Source: Desulfobacterales bacterium
GTDB taxonomy: Bacteria; Desulfobacterota; Desulfobacteria; Desulfobacterales; UBA2174
Length of the DNA stretch: 64,000 nt
Assembly: GCA_963668645.2 (NCBI GenBank)
Contig: CAXXWC010000019.1
Span: forward strand, 416,001 to 480,000
Direction of reading: 5' to 3'
The notes beneath the pieces were generated by a model. It saw only the letters and a program-made list of their open reading frames with translations. It made no database searches and had not been told where the DNA came from. Positions 60,438 through 64,000 of this stretch are shown piece by piece (the first letter of the stretch is position 1; every line of letters begins with the position of its first letter). The translations under genes were made by a program, and so were the position numbers.

Positions 60438-61199
60438 TTAAGGAATCCGGTCCCTGGCGGCCATTTCCGGATCGTGCATCGGGATGATCAGGTCGGCCAT
60501 CTGCTTGATCTTCAAGGCACTGGCGTAGGCCTGGAAAAGGTCGGTATGAATTCCCGGCGCAATGACCGGATACGTGGCAAAGGGTGATACGGCTGTTTTT
60601 ACATCCTCGGCCGGACCGTAGTTGTCGCTGATCGAACAGCCGCCGGTGATAACGGCCAACCCTTCGCCGGTGTCTATGGCCACGGCCTGGGTGCCCGGGG
60701 TATGGCCGGGTGCGAAAACGGCCCGGATGCCCGGCAGGATCGTCTGATCGCCGTCGATGACTTCGAAATTCATCGATTCGATGATCTGCCGGGGAAAGAG
60801 CACCTCAAATATCGGATGGGGATTCAAGGCAAAATCAAGCTCCGCTTTCTGGACGAAAATCCTGGCGTTTTTGCACTTCGGCGTATTGTACATGTGATCC
60901 ATGTGCAAGTGGGTCTGGATGACGATATCGATATCTTCCGGCTTGCATGCGACCGTTGCCAGCGCTTCCTCGAAAGTTTGTATTTTCTCAAAAGGGTGAC
61001 CGGAAAATCCGGAATGATAATTCCGGTAGTCGTCCGCTTCAATGGACGTATCGATGAGCACGTTCTTGCCTGCTGAACGGACGTACCAGAAAAGATAGGG
61101 CCTGATGATCGGCTGGCCATGGCCCACCAGGTAGGTCATGGGGCCCTTTTCACTCGGAACCCGGGCCAGGCGTAACGGGATAATCGTGTGTCGTTCCAC
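60438..61199 (-). CDS. MBL-fold hydrolase of the AHL-lactonase (AiiA-like) family
   Basis: LIDT, THLHMDH, 'VQKAEL', PGHTPG, IPMHD; GTG start with GGAGG RBS. Confidence 0.82.
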   Translation of the reverse strand: MERHTIIPLRLARVPSEKGPMTYLVGHGQPIIRPYLFWYVRSAGKNVLIDTSIEADDYRNYHSGFSGHPFEKIQTFEEALATVACKPEDIDIVIQTHLHMDHMYNTPKCKNARIFVQKAELDFALNPHPIFEVLFPRQIIESMNFEVIDGDQTILPGIRAVFAPGHTPGTQAVAIDTGEGLAVITGGCSISDNYGPAEDVKTAVSPFATYPVIAPGIHTDLFQAYASALKIKQMADLIIPMHDPEMAARDRIP

Positions 61200-61289
61200 T
61201 GCTGCCTCCCTCAAGGGCGGCGCCACGCCGCTTATGGATTTAATTCATTGCTTTCAGGTTTTGAACAGAATTTAGATGTCCAACGTCTG

Positions 61290-61300
61290 TTGTCATACCA
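61290..61300. promoter_or_regulatory. Possible GntR/FadR-type operator upstream of the lactonase-TRAP operon
   Basis: Minus strand reads TGGTATGACAA (consensus TGGT-N3-ACCA, 1 mismatch), just downstream of a minus-strand TTGACA at 61310-61315. Confidence 0.4.
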
Positions 61301-61582
61301 AAATGTCCATGTCAAGACAAATCGGACCGGACACCGCCGCACCGGAAACCAGAATTTTCAGGAGACCGGCTGCCCTGGATTCTGAAATCGGCAGTCCACC
61401 GGCCATCATGCACCTGAAACATATTGAGCAATTCCGGGCTTGGAAAAGATGGAGCAGGCATGCTGTGGGTGCACGAGCCGCCGCCCCCGGGAGGAAGGAG
61501 GGGACCTGGGGGCGGTGCTCGTGTCAGGGACAAGCGGCATCCCGCACAATGACTCGCGGGAAGCCGCCAGGGGGGCCGGGAA

Positions 61583-61903
61583 CTAACGCGCTACGAAGTC
61601 CGTCTTGAGCCGGTCGGCGATATTCAACGACTGGTCCAGGGCGTCATTGATCTGAAACAACTGAACCTTGAGGGTCTTGAGGCTGGCCGGGGTCGCCGTG
61701 ATCCGGTTGCCGCTTTCCAGAATTTCCCTCAATTCACGCGCTTTAACCGAAAGACCGGTGAGTTTCTCGGTGAAGCGTCCGACTTCCTTTGCCCATTTGC
61801 GCCGCTCTTCATCGGCGAATTCGATCGGCTGGTTGCCAAGCCCTTCCATCAAGGCATCAATGCCATAATCTTCAGGATCTGCGATAATTTCGTAGGGAGA
61901 CAT
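61583..61903 (-). CDS. Hypothetical helical protein (106 aa)
   Basis: Strong RBS AAAGGAGG before ATG; amphipathic, charged sequence. Confidence 0.7.
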   Translation of the reverse strand: MSPYEIIADPEDYGIDALMEGLGNQPIEFADEERRKWAKEVGRFTEKLTGLSVKARELREILESGNRITATPASLKTLKVQLFQINDALDQSLNIADRLKTDFVAR

Positions 61904-62014
61904 GGTTCCTCCTTTCCGCGGGCCAGGCCGCTCTGGATGTTCCGTAGGCTTCCGTACTGCACAGGATTGATCGTCGGCTGCGACCATCGGCTGCAATGGA
62001 TGACGAATAATCGT

Positions 62015-62030
62015 TACAAATCTTGTGCCA
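62015..62030 (-). promoter_or_regulatory. Candidate sigma54 -24/-12 promoter for the 106-aa gene
   Basis: TGGCAC-AAGAT-TTGTA on the minus strand (GT instead of GC at -12). Confidence 0.4.
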
Positions 62031-62225
62031 TTGCACCCAAAACCTTCATAACGATCCGGAACCGGAGGAGATTACTGGATATTCCGCGCGCCGCGGGAAT
62101 TCTGCGGCGGCGGTTCTGGCGGGCATTTCATGAACAGTCCATGGGCACCTTGGGTACAGCCTGAGAGGCGATTCAACCGGCCTGGAGACGGTGCTTGCGG
62201 CAACAGATTCCGCGATCCTGCGGCA

Positions 62226-62804
62226 TCAAACCCGGCCCTTGAGCCCGATGGCCTCGGCCGCCCGGCGCATCCCCTGGATGGTATCGTCGATCAACTCGTT
62301 CAGATCGGTGCCGAGCATGGCGGCCCCCTTTTCGATGATCGACCGATCCACGCCGGCGGCGAAGCGCTTGTCCTTCCATTTTTTCCTGACCGATTTGACG
62401 GGCAGATCCAGAACGCTCTGGGAGGGGCGCACCAGGGCCGCGGCCGCCACCAGCCCGGTCAGTTCGTCGATGGCGTACAGCACCTTTTCCATGTCGCTTT
62501 GCGGCTGCACATCCGAGCAGATCCCCCATCCATGGCTCACCACGGCCCGGATATAGATTTCGGGCCAGTCCTGTTCGCGCAGCATCCTTTCCGATTGCCG
62601 GCAGTGCTGGTCCGGATACGCTTCGTAATCCAGATCGTGGACCAGCCCCACGATGCCCCAGACATCCGGGTCCGCACCGCGCTTTTCGGCGATGTAGCGC
62701 ATGACGGCTTCGACGGCCAAGGCATGTTTGATCAGGGTTTCGCTGTGGTTGTGGCGGGTCAACAAAGTCCACGCCTCTTCGCGGTTCGGAACATGTTCAG
62801 TCAT
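62226..62804 (-). CDS. HD/HDIG-domain protein
   Basis: 'KHALAVEAVM', 'VHDLDYE', 'SH', 'DELTGLV', 'FAAGVDR'. Confidence 0.88.
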   Translation of the reverse strand: MTEHVPNREEAWTLLTRHNHSETLIKHALAVEAVMRYIAEKRGADPDVWGIVGLVHDLDYEAYPDQHCRQSERMLREQDWPEIYIRAVVSHGWGICSDVQPQSDMEKVLYAIDELTGLVAAAALVRPSQSVLDLPVKSVRKKWKDKRFAAGVDRSIIEKGAAMLGTDLNELIDDTIQGMRRAAEAIGLKGRV

Positions 62805-63048
62805 GGCATCTTTCCTCGTTGTCGGCTATACTGCGATACAGCACCTCAAGGCGCTCGCGATGCCCGTTGATAGTCCGCTCGACCCGGATTGTCAATCGGC
62901 GCCCGGGCAGGTCGATTTGACAGGCGCCGTTGCGTGCGTAGCTTGCGGATGCATGGCCGGTATGCCCCATGGGGGGCGCAGCGATCCGATACTCTTAAGA
63001 AGGAGTACCGGCGCAAGAACCAATTCGAACTTCAGGAGGTCGATACTT

Positions 63049-63372
63049 ATGCAGACCGCGGTGACGTTCAAGAACCTGGATTCCTCCGAGCATTTCAAAC
63101 AGTATGTGCAGGAAAAACTCGATCGGGTGGACAAGCTGCTCGACAAACCCGCTTCGGCTGAGGTGGTCCTGTACGTGGACAGCCTAAAGCAGGTCGCTGA
63201 AGTACGCCTCTCCGGAGGAGGAATCAGTATCCAGGCCAAAGCCGAAGAAGATGATCTGCATGCAGCCATCGATCAGATGGTAGACCGGGTCAAGCGCCAG
63301 ATCAACAAACGCAAGGAAAAGGTGCGCGAACGCCGCCCTTCGCGCCTGGAGACGGTGGAAAGCGTGGAATGA
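63049..63372 (+). CDS. hpf: Short ribosome hibernation factor (HPF/RaiA family)
   Basis: 'VTFKNLDSS...YVQEKL', 'DLHAAID...KRQI..RKEK'; AGGAGG RBS. Confidence 0.85.
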   Translation: MQTAVTFKNLDSSEHFKQYVQEKLDRVDKLLDKPASAEVVLYVDSLKQVAEVRLSGGGISIQAKAEEDDLHAAIDQMVDRVKRQINKRKEKVRERRPSRLETVESVE

Positions 63373-63459
63373 CAAGGGGCCCCATCCGGCCCGCGGCCGG
63401 AAGAGGGGTCCCTTCTGGTTGCTCCGGTCGCCCTTGAACCCGTTCAGCCTCCCGCCGGG

Positions 63460-64000
63460 TCAAGCATGGACTTCCCTGGCGGCAGGTTGAAGGCGGCGGA
63501 TCCGAAGGAGGTTTTCTTCGTACCAGATACAGATTGCAGCCGCTGTCGGCGCGCCACCGGCAGAAAGGGGCCAATCGCCAAAAACCGCGTCATTGTCCGG
63601 ATCGACAATGACGCGGTCCTGTTTTAAAACATTGTCAAGAGCGCCGGCCAACACGCTGTCCGGAACGCAAAAATCGCCCCCCGCACGGCCGGTACCATGA
63701 CAAACGCGCCACGGCCGCGGCTCCGCTCTGCGGCAAACGGTATGAAAGGGGATCTTGCACTCCTGTAGAAACGGCGGGATCGCGTCGCTTCCAGTGATGT
63801 CGACCACAACGGTCGGCCTCTTGCGCATCCGCTTGCGCGGTCGGCCCACCTGGCTGAAACGGGTGGCGGCGGTCGCCAGTTCCGGCCGCCGGTAAAAAAA
63901 GACGATGCGCCCGGCCACCAGTTCGAAGGGCGTGCCCGGTGGATGTGTTTCGGTCTCGGTGATCCGATAGACCTTGGCCACCCCCCGGCGCTCGCGACGG
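63460..64000 (-). CDS. Hypothetical protein (probably 5' truncated by window edge)
   Basis: Frame is open to the window end; no family recognised. Confidence 0.4.
   Translation of the reverse strand, partial: RRERRGVAKVYRITETETHPPGTPFELVAGRIVFFYRRPELATAATRFSQVGRPRKRMRKRPTVVVDITGSDAIPPFLQECKIPFHTVCRRAEPRPWRVCHGTGRAGGDFCVPDSVLAGALDNVLKQDRVIVDPDNDAVFGDWPLSAGGAPTAAAICIWYEENLLRIRRLQPAAREVHA

Overview
A GC-rich chromosomal segment whose gene content and order suggest a sulfate-reducer-like deltaproteobacterium (Desulfobacterales-type); this assignment is inferred, not database-verified. In order it carries: a partial DUF748 gene; an FmdB-zinc-ribbon/Fur-FeoA/feoA/feoB iron-uptake operon; a sigma54 two-component pair divergent from an XRE-pilMNOPQ type IV pilus operon; a pilotin-like TPR lipoprotein, thrC and serS; 5-FCL-pcm-DUF368; the lpxC-DUF4390-NtrY/NtrX-like-rsmD-coaD-LysR cluster; and comM. 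Next comes a ~16 kb self-contained chemosensory cassette (HEAT-cheR-cheY-cheA-mcp-cheW2-cheB-GAF-like-unorthodox kinase-HD-GYP) that probably controls c-di-GMP. The remainder holds hydantoinase-HDAC-epmA, an ECF sigma/zinc anti-sigma pair, an orphan Tat Fe-S/membrane module, an HD protein, mobB, a lower-GC lactonase-family/TRAP islet and a short hpf. I saw no tRNA, rRNA, CRISPR array or transposase. The best leads are the chemosensory-to-HD-GYP cassette, tandem NrdR-like boxes before the pilus operon, an NtrX-like protein lacking both GAFTGA and HTH, the hydantoinase-HDAC-epmA operon and the lactonase/TRAP islet. All product calls come from motif recognition by eye.
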